DNA from: Ophelia neglecta
Taxonomy: Eukaryota
NCBI GenBank assembly: GCA_965285935.1
Contig: OZ260662.1
Coordinates: forward strand, 20,584,001-20,648,000
DNA: 64,000 nt
Reading direction: 5' to 3'
Shown: positions 50,736-64,000 of the stretch, piece by piece
Numbering within the stretch: the stretch's first letter is position 1
Layout of the letters: every line of letters begins with the position of its first letter
The notes under the pieces: model-generated
What the model saw: only the letters and a program-made list of their open reading frames with translations
What the model was told of the DNA's origin: nothing
Database searches by the model: none
Translations under genes and position numbers: made by a program

Positions 50736-52255
50736 CACCATATGGTCGCCCTGAATTAGAGCACTATCATCCATCCCCGATATATAACTGAAGTTTACAC
50801 CATTTAGATTATCCCCTATAACATGTGATTGACTATTGCGAAGCCAGTGTTCCTGTAATAAAATTATATCATGACCGTCCATTAAATCACGTAGATATTC
50901 CCATCTTGGTTCATTTATACCATGTATATTATATGAGCATAATTTCAGTGTATGTAGAGCCATAAGGGCTAGCTATTGTTATCTCTAGGCATTATGTACC
51001 TTCTGACTCGAACACCATGGGGCCACATTTCTTCATCAAGTAGGCGTTTAAATTCAGATACACCGACAGTGAGTTTGAATGACTTAAATTTAGCATTGAC
51101 ATTTGAAACGCATTTAAGTTTTATTAACTGGATCCCTAAGTCGGAGACATGATCACGAATGTGGCAACCTTCAGTGCTAGCGTCCACACGATAGACAAAT
51201 AAGTCTCTCTGTGGTTCAGGGGCACCTCGAAATCTGGTGTCGGACTTGGTCCCAGTTACGGTTTTGTTCTCACGTTTTCTGCGACGCCGTTCATGTTTTT
51301 GAAATTCAAAGCCGGCTGATGAGTCAGAAAATCTACTTTGCCGATCAATTGAAAGACAGCTCTCAGCCCTCTGAAGTCTATTAAATATTGGTTCCTTATT
51401 ATGCATTCCTTGATTTGCGTCCATGGACTTTGATTGGGGTCTCAGCGAATCATCGTGGTGAACTGGACGCTGATGGTTTCTCCCCTTTGGGATATCAACA
51501 GGGTACGCACTATCGATAGCAGAGTAGTGTCAAGGCATCTAGTATATCATCAAGTTCGAAGGCTTGTTTTGGTCTTATACTCGATCCCTTCCGGCATTTT
51601 CTTTGGGCTTATCAGCATTTTATCAAAACTAGACCATAGTTTTTCTTTCGAGTTATGAATTGTCGTCGGGGAAAGAAAGCTTAGTACTGCTCTCCGGACA
51701 TTGTCCCTGGTACCACTTTGAAGACTAAACACTATGTAGGCCAAAAGTGGGTCCTCAAACTTAACATTGGTGGCATCTGAAGGTGGGGTATCTGGTCTGA
51801 CCTCCCATTGGCCTCTGGGTTGGAAATGTTATCTTTGTAAAGGGTTTTTGTGACGGTCTCTTCACGACACTAGGATGTGGAGGTGGGTGCATCCTCAGTA
51901 TATATCCTGTTGTCATCGAGTTTCTTCACCTCGGTTTCATCACTACCATTGTCATTACAATCGCTGGCTGGGTCATCCTCATTCTCATTAATTAGTCTAT
52001 CAGTAAACTCTTCAAGATTACAGCTTCCACCCAGAATCTGTGAACGGCTTATACTGGCATGAGCCAAAAAGGAAATCAACACTCTCTTCAAGATCAACAA
52101 ATCCCTTGAATAATGCTTGTGACACTCGATTAGTGTGCTTTTGGCACAGTCCCCAATCAGTATAGATACCCAGTTGTTTCCCTTTAGCAACCTCATAATA
52201 GGTTTTACGCTCACTGTTATCTTCACGGGGCCCATCGTCAAGCATCATCATCAGT
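50736..52255 (-). mobile_element. Second copy of the LINE 5' part (ORF1 plus APE start)
   Basis: ORFs 50670-50963, 50969-51424, 51550-51744, 51870-52241 and 52018-52251 are near-identical to those at 31.2-32.8 kb. Confidence 0.85.
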
Positions 52256-53576
52256 TTTAAGAACTATTAGTTCGATTAATAACAGACATTTGATACTACT
52301 TGTTTCTTCATTTATTGGAGCGGAACAGTCACTGGCGAGTATTCTTATGTGAGCGATATTAAGGTTCAAATGACCAAAAGACGGAAAAAGGCTAATTCTC
52401 GGACCAACTGCATGCAATATCCAATCTATGAGCGGGACCTGAGTGTATTCAGTGTACTCATATAAATTCTTTCACTAAGCAGAAACATGTCAAAAATTCC
52501 GAACATAATGCGCGCACACTACGCAGTTTAGTCTTATAGTCTTCATATGCGTCGTTAATAATAAATGGTTATGAAAAAATGATTACTTGTAATCATAGTC
52601 TGGAGTAAAGTTCTTCAATGGTCCTTGATTAAACAATGACTTTAGTGTTGCAAGAGCAAGATTGAACCTGTGCTATCATTCAACATAGTATTCATTAAAG
52701 TCAAGCAGTTTGTTGTGAAATCTCATATAAAGTGTTTGTTGGGTTAGGTTAAATGTGAGTACTTTTAGGCCCCGCACAACAATCTCATGTCTATCTATCT
52801 GTGGTTTGCGGCCTATTTCACCGACGGTCGATGGCCCCGAAGCATGGCTCTGTTGTATGCGTGTAACCAGGCCAGGTCCTAATACACATGGATATAATGT
52901 ATGTATTTAATATCGGGATTTAGCGATAGCACCGCATGTCACTTTGGAGCTCTTACTCAGGACGTCCATTCATCCTTGGCATACTTGCTCATTATTGCCT
53001 GCAGGGGCGTAGCAACCACACCGGATACCCCCGCCATGGCCGGACCACTTTCCCCAAAGCTAAGATGACTAAATTGCTTGAAATGGGACTATTTGACACC
53101 TCATTTTGTCAAATATTCCGGGGGGCGGGCATGCCCCCGGACCCCGGAAGCATTGCGTCGCACTTTGAAAAAGTCCGGTATAGAATCTAGGAAATCTAGA
53201 AGTATGACATATGTTTGCTTTATTAGTCATTAGATAGTTCAAATAAAAAAACTATTGTTGTACTTAAAGTCTTTTTTTATCTAGTAGTTATGTAAATATG
53301 AATAACCGGTGAAGTAGCTGGATGAATTTGGTTAAGTATCAGTTATGCAACAATACTGGTTTTACGAATAGGCCTATATTGGTTTAGTGATTGATCGATC
53401 TATTACGATTCCTAAACACTGCCCACATGACTAGCGGCAAGGCTTAAAAAAAACTATGGCAAATTTGCCACACAGTATTAGTGCTAGGCATGTGTTTAGC
53501 ATAGGCTTACCTTGACGGCGGGTGTTTAGCATAGGCTCATTTTGCCGTGATATATAGATGAATAAACATTGCCGAA

Positions 53577-53711
53577 ATGGATTTCCCGTTTTATATAGAA
53601 GCCTTAAGAGAGCTCAATTCTCATACAGAAGAAGCAGAGTATGATTTTATCAAGCAGCATGATGGTTTTTACGTATAACTTCCGCTCGAAGATTACTCAG
53701 TTTAGGAGCCG
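53577..53711 (+). pseudogene. HNMT-like exon 1, variant 8 (frameshifted)
   Basis: Same 1-bp deletion as variant 5 (135 nt, early TAA); donor GTAAGT. Confidence 0.8.
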
Positions 53712-56700
53712 GTAAGTAAAAAAAATTACCCTATTAATTACTTTATAAGATAAAACGAGTCCATAGAGTACTAAAATTTCTCAGCCACATGTTTTGTTCC
53801 AAACCAACGAGAGACGTCGGTGGATTATTTTTAGTACTTTCCCATTTTAAATAGAAAACAGAGTTTCTCACTTTTCATTCCAAAGTGTTGATGGAGGGCA
53901 ATTTTTTCCCAAGTACTAAAACATCAGTTATCAATAACGGAAGGCGTAATTCTTCGGACAACCGTCTTTAATAATAGGTTTTTGAAAATAAATGCTGACA
54001 GTTTGCTCCAAAAACTTCCCAGGCTCCTTAGTCCAGTGGCAGATGAACCCCAAAAATGGACCAACAATATTTTGCATTATTTTTAGGTCGATTTAGGCCT
54101 ACTGATCAAGAATCTGAGTGATTCCACACTGGCACGCTGGAAGAATTTGAAATATCAAGATGGCGGTCAAACATGGCCGCCATTTTATATAGTCTATAAA
54201 TTGTTGTTTGCACTGGATGGATTATATGTTACAGTACTTAAAATTTGATTAAATGTGGGGGGGGGGGGGGGAGGGCAGATAAACCTTATTTGTAATTATC
54301 AAGTTAATAAAGAACCAACTGACACTGAAATATAGAAAATGTCCGAAAATATAGCCGTCATTTATCACCTTTTAGACTGTATATCGCCTGAGGTATATGT
54401 CTGAATTAACGGTATTATTTTTAAGAATGAGGGTCATGTTTTCAGAACATATTGTAGTTTATCAAGTCTCCACATATCTGGTACATCAGTCTTAATATAT
54501 GTTTGATATATGTATGGTATTCATATATTTACCCATTACACATGAATCAGATGCTAATCGTAGTTTATGCAGTCTCATTCATGCTAAATTATACATTGTG
54601 ATTTAAAAGCGTCATGTACACACCATGTACTAAGAAAAGAAATATAAGATACTATGGTGGTTATCAATTCTTTCATCAAATAGTCGTGGGGGAGAACAAA
54701 TGCCAGAAATGAAGGAATTAAGGATTGTAAACTGATAAGTTTACAGTATTTGGAATAAATAATTAAATAAGATATACTTCATATTTATACATAAAATAGG
54801 GACACACTAGGGCTAGTGGAGTCTAGACACAATCAAAATAAGACAAACACATGTATTCCAAGACTTGCACCATTTGCTTTGCATATTCATTTACTGACCT
54901 CTAGGGAGCCATCGAGTATTTGCATAATAAGACATCTAGAGTTCTGCGACTTTTCCGCCCAACACGCGTCATATTATGACATAAAATGTAACAACATGTA
55001 CATAAAATGTATCGCAGCAGCAATCTGGGCGTTATCAATAATCCGGCCTTAGGGTTCTCCTCGCCAAAGTATCCATAGAGACAGGTGCTTATCCCGTGTT
55101 ACGGTGCCTATTGTGGGCAGACCCATCAAACTGGCAATCTGTGTTTACAGTACAGCACCACAAAAAATTGTGGTTTTACGTCAACACAACTAGATGCAGC
55201 AGAATGCGCTTTGCCGAGCAAGACACTCAAATGAGTTATGACTTCCGAAGACAGTTCAGAAGGTCGCAGAAGACACTCGAGCATTTTCCTGCACATCTGA
55301 GTGGCTGGGTCCTAATAATTAGAACTGAAAGCAATGGCCGACAAGGGTGTTGAATCTGCAACCTCAAGATGTTGTTAGTTACGTTTTGCCGCTACCAGAT
55401 GTAAGCAAAAAAAATGTTGGTTTTAAACAATGGCTGCCCGTTCGAGAATTTAAAAGCCATTTAGTTCATAGTCGAAGACATCTATAATTTCCCGGTTAAC
55501 TGAACATTCGCTATACCAGTTTTCATCAGTTTATGTTTGTTTTCATCTGTTCGTCTACAGTGTTGGCATAGGCCTTCTTTTGTTGCACCTATAAATTATG
55601 GTGACTGATACAATTTAATGCCGGGAGTTCGCCGGGTGCTAGAAAAGCGTCCAGGAATGGCACAATTGACAGGTGGCATATTAAATGAGATAGAGCTACA
55701 CTGTACAACGTGTGTTGTGCGAGCCCATCTTGAAAAAATCTGTCTCCTGCAGGTTCAGGGCACATCCGGCGAGAAAATCTCGTGTGACGTAATTATATTT
55801 GAAGAGCTATAGCCTTGCAATGGTCAACGAGGTCATATGGCTACATAAGGCAGCTAACATTAAACTATATATAGCGACTCAAATGACACTCCATTCATGT
55901 CAATGTATGTGACAAAAAAAACAGTTGCGCAATATAACATTCATACTTATGGCAAGACTAATAATTAATACTTATATAATCTAATATTTAACAATACTAA
56001 ATGTTTATACTTTATACGGCTTTATTGTATTGTTATTTATTTTTTAAGTATGTAGTAAGGGGGGCAATCGGACACGGAACAATTGTTTGTACCTGGAGAC
56101 AAACTGTTTTTTTTTCGCATTACATTCACTTTATTCTGATGAGGCTGAAAAAGCTATACGAAATACGAATTTTTTTTGGCACATTTTTAATTAAAATTTA
56201 TTGAAATGGGACAAGTGACAATACCTAGTTTTTTTTCTACCAAAGCACAAATAAAATCATATGTTTTTCTTGAAGGATTGTATTGAAAAAGGGATCGCTG
56301 ATTTTATCCCGAGTTGAATTCCAAAGGGCCGGTATAGAATCTAGTAAAATCGTCAGCAGTCTTAGAAGGTTGAACTATGTTTGCATTTATTAGTCATAAG
56401 AAAGTTCAACATGAAAAAATACTGTTGTCTATTAGTCTTTTTTGTCAAGTGCTGTCAGTACAAAAACCTGTGACAAAGCTTGATGAACTTGGTTAATAAT
56501 GAGTCATGCTATAAAGTAGAAAAACTTGTTTTACGAATAGGCCTTTATTGCTTCAGTGATTGATCGGTCTAGTACGAAGCCTAAAAATAGACCACATGCG
56601 CCCTAGCTACTCGACTAAAGAAAAAACAGTTGCCACACAGTTCTAGTGCTAGGCATGTGTTTAGCATAGTCTTACCTTTGAGGGCGGGTGTTTAACATGG

Positions 56701-56889
56701 CCTCATCCTGCCAATTGGTTTGACATGACCAACTAAAACTGGTCAATGAACTCACTGGAGTTTCTCGCTGCCATATTTACCGTGAATTGGTGGTAACTTA
56801 ACTGTGCCGCAGTAAAATACACATCTGGTACCGAAAAGCTGTCGTATCGAACACTCAACGGGATATATAGGTGAATACACATTGCCGAA

Positions 56890-59800
56890 ATGGATTTCCC
56901 GTTTTATTTAGAAGCCTTAAGAGATATCAATTCTCATACAGACGAAGCAGAGTATGATTTTTTCAAGCAGCATGATGGTTTTCTACGTATAACTTCCGCT
57001 CAAAGATTACTCAGTTTAGGAGCCGGTAAGCAAAAGAATTACCTGCTCAATCACTATATAAGATAGAACGAGTCCATATAGTACTAACTTTTCTCAGCCA
57101 TATGTATGTGTTCTCTTGTTTCTGCGCAGGGCGCCTGCCCGCTGCTGCCTATGTATAAATAGTTATGGGTGGCGGCGGATGGGCGTCTCGTGTGTCTGTG
57201 TGATTGACAAATAAGGAACACCCATTCTCGGGCGCTTCATGCTAATCTGGTTCAGGTGCTTTGTTATATCATCATCATATTTCTTGCAATACTATTAATC
57301 TATTGTATTTGTATTATTATCGGTTGTGCACCATTTTTATAAACAAGTGACTATTGTTATATTTTATTGTAAATAGTAGGCTATTTTACAAATATTTTGT
57401 TACAATGGCTCTTTAATTTTTCTTTAATAACCAGTTTTTGGACTACTTTATTGATTATACTTAATCGTATCATATTGCTCCCTGCCTACTTTCCAGTTTC
57501 TTGGTGTTTTGGAACTGGTGACTTAGCAGACAAATCACACGTTATGTCACTTAATGATTAGTATAGTTACTCCCTCATCTCATGTCATCATATCATTTTT
57601 TATCCCACGCATATTTATAAAGATTGTCTCAATGATTTATTCGAAAATTACCTTTTTCGAAGCCCTTGGCTTCTGCAAAATCCAAATTATGTAAATAAAT
57701 ATGTTAAGACCAAATACTTAAATTGACTTCTGAAATGACATAAGGATATGGACAGGATGAATAGATAAATAGAAGTCACTCTGTGCAACAGTGCGAATCC
57801 ATACATGATCAAATTTTTGTTAAGGGTGTAGAGAGATCTGCTTATTTCCAAATACCTTCATGTAAACATTAAACGAATACCAATTGTGTTTTGGTCACAT
57901 CACTGGCATGAAATTGATATATTCATATTTTCTTACGTGGATTTTACTTTTGACAAGAATCATACACAAGTTGCTGCAAAGAACACACCTTGTTCGTTTA
58001 CCCCACAGTGTAAAGTGTAGATTGAAACAATGGAACAAACAATTTATCAAATATACCTCAAGGAAATATTTGGCAATAGCACTGATAGGATTTCTTGGGG
58101 ACAAGATTTATTGAAAACAAATCAAGTCACTAAGATTTAACAACACTTCGAAGGTACAGCACTATTAGCACCATTAGACTGGACAAATTCATGCAGTTAA
58201 ACATGTTTGAATAACATCCTGAATTTGGAAAGGTTACAATGGGGACAGCCTTTCAGTTGGTAGGCATGTTTTCAATCAATCTCCTTTTGAATATAAAGAG
58301 AGTTTGACTCTTATATACGAGACGCGCACAAAGCGATATTGAGGCAAAACGGACAACACGACGATGTAAGAACCGTTACTCAATAATTTTTGCAGGTGAC
58401 GGACACTTTGAGGATCAGCTAACCAAACAAGGTTTATTAAAGAACTTAGAGTTTTACCATGCTGTCGAACCAGATGCGACGGTATTAAACAGTCTGAAGT
58501 CTCGGATGCAGGCTCTTTTTCCTAAAGCGTTCGTAAGTTGAAGAATTTTATTATTTAATTTAATAGCAATTAGGCCAACAAGTTCCTTGAACTGATTTTG
58601 CAAGTTTTAGGAGTCTTCTGAGATAAACCAAACATCAAAGCGATGCGAATGCCTAGGACGACGGCATAGGCATAGACTGAATTAATATGTTTCCTACTTA
58701 CAGACAATCTTTCAACATATGCCGGCGGATGAGTTCGTAGGAATAGCAAAAAACGGTGACGTCATCGTTGATGAGATGGAAGAGACACCGGGAAAATACG
58801 ACGTCATACTAATAATGCGCATGCTGAGTTATGTAAAGGACAAGGTAGATTACATGCACTATTTCTTACTGAAGTCCCGGGTTGCCGGTTACTACATCCA
58901 ATTCACAAATGGGTTTGTCATGATGAAATGGGTTATATCTGACAACATACACTCACCCTACAGAGGTACCATCTGGTGCAATTTTTTGATAAACAATTAT
59001 CATCCTTTGGCCAAACTATTCGTATTCCAATGGGTTAGTTTCCTGAATGGTGGGAAGTTGAACATTATCAGGAAATGTTCACCTTATTTTAGGTATATAA
59101 ATGATTTATTTTCGTATATAAATAAATATTTAAGACAATATTTCCTGCTATGTTCGGGTCTTTATCACAAAAGAGAAAATGATTTCGATATTCAGATAGT
59201 AAATTTCCCATTCCTTGGCAGCAATAGTTTTATTTTCCAAGTTTTTGAATGATATTTCGAGGCCTCAGGTTTATAAGAGCTTAAACGTGTGCTGTATGAA
59301 TGATTGTTCGCTTGCCTCATAATTACATCACCTATTGATGGCTTCCATTCATATATTTTTACACTCACTTATTTGAATTCTGGTACAAAGTGTCACAAGA
59401 ATTGTCGCCCTTGCCTCTTAATAACATCAATATTCCTGTACTTAAATATAATAGCAACAAATATATATGGCATATTGTGTGTGCTGTTACGACATATAAG
59501 TCCTTTTTATATAAAATAATTTCAATAATGACATCATTGAATGTGTTACGTGTTATTTTCCTTGCGAATAGTGGTACGTATAGAAAAATTTTAACATCCA
59601 GAGAAGGGTCACTCTCTGTGACATTTCTTTATCCTAACCATAGGACCCATAACTCGATGCTCATTTCATAACAAATAACACCATGTAGTACCAAATTTGA
59701 TTTGATCTTTTAAAGGTAAGACTTCTTCGCCTCGCATATTCCTTGTTACTTGAAGGCGGGAAAATAATAATTGTCCACAATGAAGGTGCCTCTACATTTT

Positions 59801-62800
59801 CGCTTTTTGGTGAGTTGTTTTGTGGTATCTGTTTTGAATTTTAACAGTTTAACAGTTTTCATATAGAATCACATGTTTAGCGAGTTTCTTTTTCAACTGA
59901 TTTGATTTATTGTCAAACTTAATTTTGTGATAATAATGAATGCCCCTGGATCGGCTACTAGATGGCCCAACGCTCTCAATTCTAGCATACTGTTGTTTGC
60001 TATAAAGAACCATGTACAGAAAACATTATTCGCAGCTGCCAGAATCCTATTATCAACATTCTTATTTAGGATCTTATTCCCAATTTAAATGCTGCAATTC
60101 TTCAAATACCTGGAATATCAACTGTCCGATGACACTCTAAACATCTTGAGTTAATGCCTTGTAGACGAAACACTAGCATTAATTATGAACGTTTATGACA
60201 GCGGGCCGGAATAATCGCGAACCACCAGCCACAGGCCCATATATCTCACATACAAATAAATCTCCAGCTCCCAAACAGTAAATAAAGTTATAAGACGATA
60301 ATAGATATTGATGTTGTTTGCAATGAGAAGCGATCAACAGTTTTTCGTGATGCGAGTCAGCCTTAAACAAACGGGTTTATGGTAAAGGTAGTACTGATAA
60401 AATATGATCCAGGATGGCCTATGATGGTCCAAGCTATATCACCATTAGGAGATTGAAGATGAAATTTTCAATAATCAATTGACATTACACCCAGAAAACG
60501 GCCCCATAAAATTATTCGCGTCATAATTATAGAATCTGATTACATTGCTGTTATCTTTAGGGACAAGTACATTATATAATTTAGGCAAAAAAAAGTGATA
60601 ATTTAATTTATTGATTTAACCATGCATATATATTCAGAGGCGACAACGTACACTCTTTCTCATACTGTATGTTAATGTCGTCTTTCTTTATATATCGCAA
60701 AAATGGCCATGTTTTCATACCACACAATGCTGATATTGTTATATTCCTGTTTCTAAAACTTTTGCAATGATTCATGTGTGTCTGAACACACAGAAGTACA
60801 ACTTTTATCTGCTGTAAGAGACTTGAGACATATGTGTGTGGGAATTTGTCTGCTGGTACCTGGTTAATATGGACCGATTGTTTGACAATTCTTGAAAACT
60901 TATTTTGTTTTGTCTGTTTTGTATCTACTTTCGTTTTTGTCGATTAACATGCAATTAATGAAATATGTGTTTTTCTTTAAAAAAATCGCCTTTTTAAGCT
61001 TTCAAACGCTACATGCAGTTTTCAGATCCTGATGGACATTGCATATACTATATGCATATATACTGTATGTGTTCAGTAGAATCAAAAATCGAGTGTTGTA
61101 TTTGTCAATGTGTGCAGCTTGCACTCTTATATATAATATTGGTGCTATTTATAGGTGAGCGTTTCGGCATAAGTAAGAGACAATACTACGCCCGTCACAT
61201 TGCAGAGGATTTGAAAAGCGCAGGTCTCATTTACAAAGGTAAAACGCACTGTTTAATGGTTTATACGGCAGTTTTCTCGTTACTTTTATTACATGAGAAG
61301 TTGGTTTTTTGGCAAATTTATGTGCATGCCAAAACATATACATCTAGTGACTTGTCATTTGGGGTTATAAAAACTGCAAACTAGACATAAATGAAATAAA
61401 TGGGTGGATTTTTATGGTAACACGACTTCTTATTCTTAAGAAGAAGTAGAAAATTGTGGCTTTGGATGTAGTAACCAAACATTAATGATGCTAAATAGGA
61501 AAAGCTAAGTAGAAATGTCATATACTGTCAACCCTCTCTTTCAGAAAATTTTGCTTTATATGACTTTTATGACATTCTAATTAACTAGTATAATATCAAT
61601 GTACCCAAATTCGACAAAACTGACTCTTGGGAGGATGGGCACTGAAAAAGTTTAACGAGGAAATATGAGTTTTGGTCCGTAAAGGAATCATCTAACACAT
61701 ATATACATTAAATAGAGTTCTGCAGGCCCTGCGACGAAGTAGTAAGTGGAATAGGTGACTTATTTTTGTAATTTGACAAAAGATAGGACGAAAGAGGTCC
61801 CCATCCTTCTTTTTCAGAAAGTTTTGCTTTATATGATTCTTTTGACATTCTAATTATTTGATTGAATAAAAATTGGCGGGCATTAACTAAATAAAATATA
61901 ACGCAGAAGGGAAAACCTTGAAAAAATGGAAAAAAAAACTTGGAAGGGCGGACTTAGCACTGCAGAAGTTTAGGGAAATTTGATTTCTGATTCGGATAGT
62001 AGTAATGTAATGTAAATTCAATGGACCAACATCGACTTACATATCACGTAGCAATAAACTGTTTACATCTTTAAGATATTTGACCACCTGACGCCTGTGT
62101 CCCGCTACCTATGTATAACTAGTTATACTAAGGCTGCTGCGGAGAAGCGTCCAGTGTACATGTGGATTAATTATAATTTATTATTATTTAATTTTAATTG
62201 TAGCATAAACAATAACAATATAAGCTATGGCAAATAGATTTTGTGAATTTAATGTAAAACCTGAACAGATGTTGGCATACACAGTATGTTCACGTTTAAA
62301 GGAAGAAAGTTTGATGGAAATAAACACTCATTAATATAAAAAAAAACATGGCAAAAACATAAGTCTATTTCTTCAGTTTCTTTCGAAATGACAAAAAAAC
62401 CTATTTCTGCCAGAATATAAAATAAATTCGTTTTTTTCCATAGAACAAACGGCCTGTCAGATGTTGATGTTGCCCACAATGTTTAGTAAAGTTATGAGAT
62501 TTATCGTGCACCTTAATAAAATTTATGGCCAAAATTCGCATGTTCCGGATAAGAAATCCTCTTTCAATGTTTAATGACAGTTACGAGTCTTGACACGAAA
62601 AAAGGAGTTATCAATTATATGTCATTCAAAATAATACTTTCGGGGAACTTCCTTTCAATTAAGACAATTATAACAAAACACATGTTGTGACCGTTGTATT
62701 CATTTTGGGAATTAGGCAAGGTATTCGAATTGCAACAATCGTGTTTTAAGATGTATTCGCTCAGGTCAGCGCAAAAACTTATTTATTCTATCTTATGTAT

Positions 62801-64000
62801 TGTCACAAATATTAATAATTACACGTACTTTTCCGTCATATGAGTACAATTACGTAGGCAGAGAGATGGTTTATAAAGAACTCTTTTTGCTATCATTAAT
62901 TGTTGTTTCACGAAAACGTTTGTATATTTTGTCCTCAATACGTATCACATATTAACCAAATTTCTAGAACATTGTATTATCTTCTTTCAGAATACAAAAT
63001 AACGGACTACCTTAATCATCGAGGCACATCAAAACTGGTAGCAAACATTTACTTCATGAGAGAAGCTTCAGATACGGAGGTATGGTATCATAGATATCAA
63101 AAAATACGTTTAGTTATTTATAAAGCTACAGGCAATAGACCTACATGCAACGCAATACCCAATGTATTACAGTAGGGACTGTAATGTGATTTAACATTAC
63201 ATTCTGATCTCCCCAGAAGGGAACAGGGGTAATTATTCTTATTAATTAAAAAAGTCATCAAAAAAGATTTCAGCAACTTTTTGCTAAACTCGACGGATAA
63301 GCATAAACAAAGTTCATATGATCTTTGCTCCTTCCTTCCTTCAGATATAACCGATCTTATGGAATATGAAAATATAGGGGGTGGATTTACAAACTTGCCA
63401 AAAAATGACTTGAAACGTTGTCTTTTAGCGGAGAACAAGTATTTGTATTTGCAAATTAATCTGCTTTCAAAATTGAACTCTTTTATTTCCTAATGTTCTC
63501 GTTTAAGACCGTTTATGCACGTTGGTGTTCATTCAGTATTTCTCACACCACTTGCCTGTTCACAAAACTCAAAAACTTAAGGTCATCATACTGGGATGGA
63601 CGTAATACAGGACAATACATTGAAAATATAAAGAACTTATGACCTTCAGCTGCTATATCAATATGATCAATTTGAGTATCCTTATATGTTAAATAGTCTC
63701 CCTTTTCTATACGTTACACCATTCTTCAAGGGTATACGAAGCAAACAATATTTCAAATCAAATGGGAGAGTCCGGTTGCATTATTAGCTTTAATTCGACG
63801 GGGCTAAAGTTAGATTTTTACTCTAAATTTATCCTCAAATTTAGGATTTCGCTGAAATAAATAATTAAATGAGTATTTTAGTAATCAGTACTATGCACAA
63901 TAAACACTATTCCATACTTGTAATAGACATTTTTTAAACATTCCAGTATGAGAAGTTCCGCGAATTCATTGACGAAGTTGTACCATCAGGGAGGGAACCT
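56890..64000 (+). CDS. HNMT-like methyltransferase copy D (exons 56890-57025 [exon 1 variant 9], 58396-58532, 58704-58844, 59716-59809, 61155-61238, 62991-63079, 63947 to window end)
   Basis: Same exon structure as copy C at offset +19674; splice sites intact; last exon cut by the window. Confidence 0.9.

Larger units (their letters stand above)
31380..64000. repeat. Near-identical direct duplication, ~31380-44326 vs ~50835-64000
   Basis: Identical or near-identical ORF pairs at offsets 19455, 19461 and 19674; scattered SNPs, a 9-bp indel near 34236 and a 213-bp indel near 36570. Confidence 0.95.

Noticed and set aside
1-64000. CRISPR array, retron or other prokaryotic/viral RT system; remaining short ORFs as genes
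   Set aside because: The DNA is intron-containing eukaryotic sequence, all RT motifs are non-LTR or Penelope type, no repeat-spacer array is seen, and the other ORFs are antisense shadows or not conserved between paralogues.

Overview
AT-rich animal genomic DNA, most likely a marine invertebrate (inferred from the mix of CR1/L2-group, RTE-X-like, Penelope, Harbinger and CMC repeats). It is a tandem array of about 19-25 kb units. The ORF track misses the host gene: a 7-exon histamine N-methyltransferase (HNMT)-like SAM-dependent methyltransferase of 257-260 aa on the + strand. It is present four times: copy A with exons 6-7 only at the window start, copies B and C with complete exon sets, and copy D cut by the window end. 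The main observation is that coding exon 1 with its upstream region occurs nine times, three in front of each of bodies B, C and D. All nine end at the same motif-I GT donor position. Six have intact, diverged reading frames and three are frameshifted, including the one nearest body B. This resembles a variable-first-exon/constant-body layout (UGT1A- or protocadherin-like), but the extra exons could also be orphans of partial duplications. The rest is nested transposon debris, including a LINE whose ORF1 region carries an RNase H1 hybrid-binding (Cauli_VI)-like domain, a tRNA-derived SINE, several MITEs and a hairpin whose imperfections are all G-U pairs. The segments ~31.4-44.3 kb and ~50.8-64 kb are almost identical and may be a very recent duplication or a haplotype artefact. 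All homology calls are by-eye motif recognition, not database searches.
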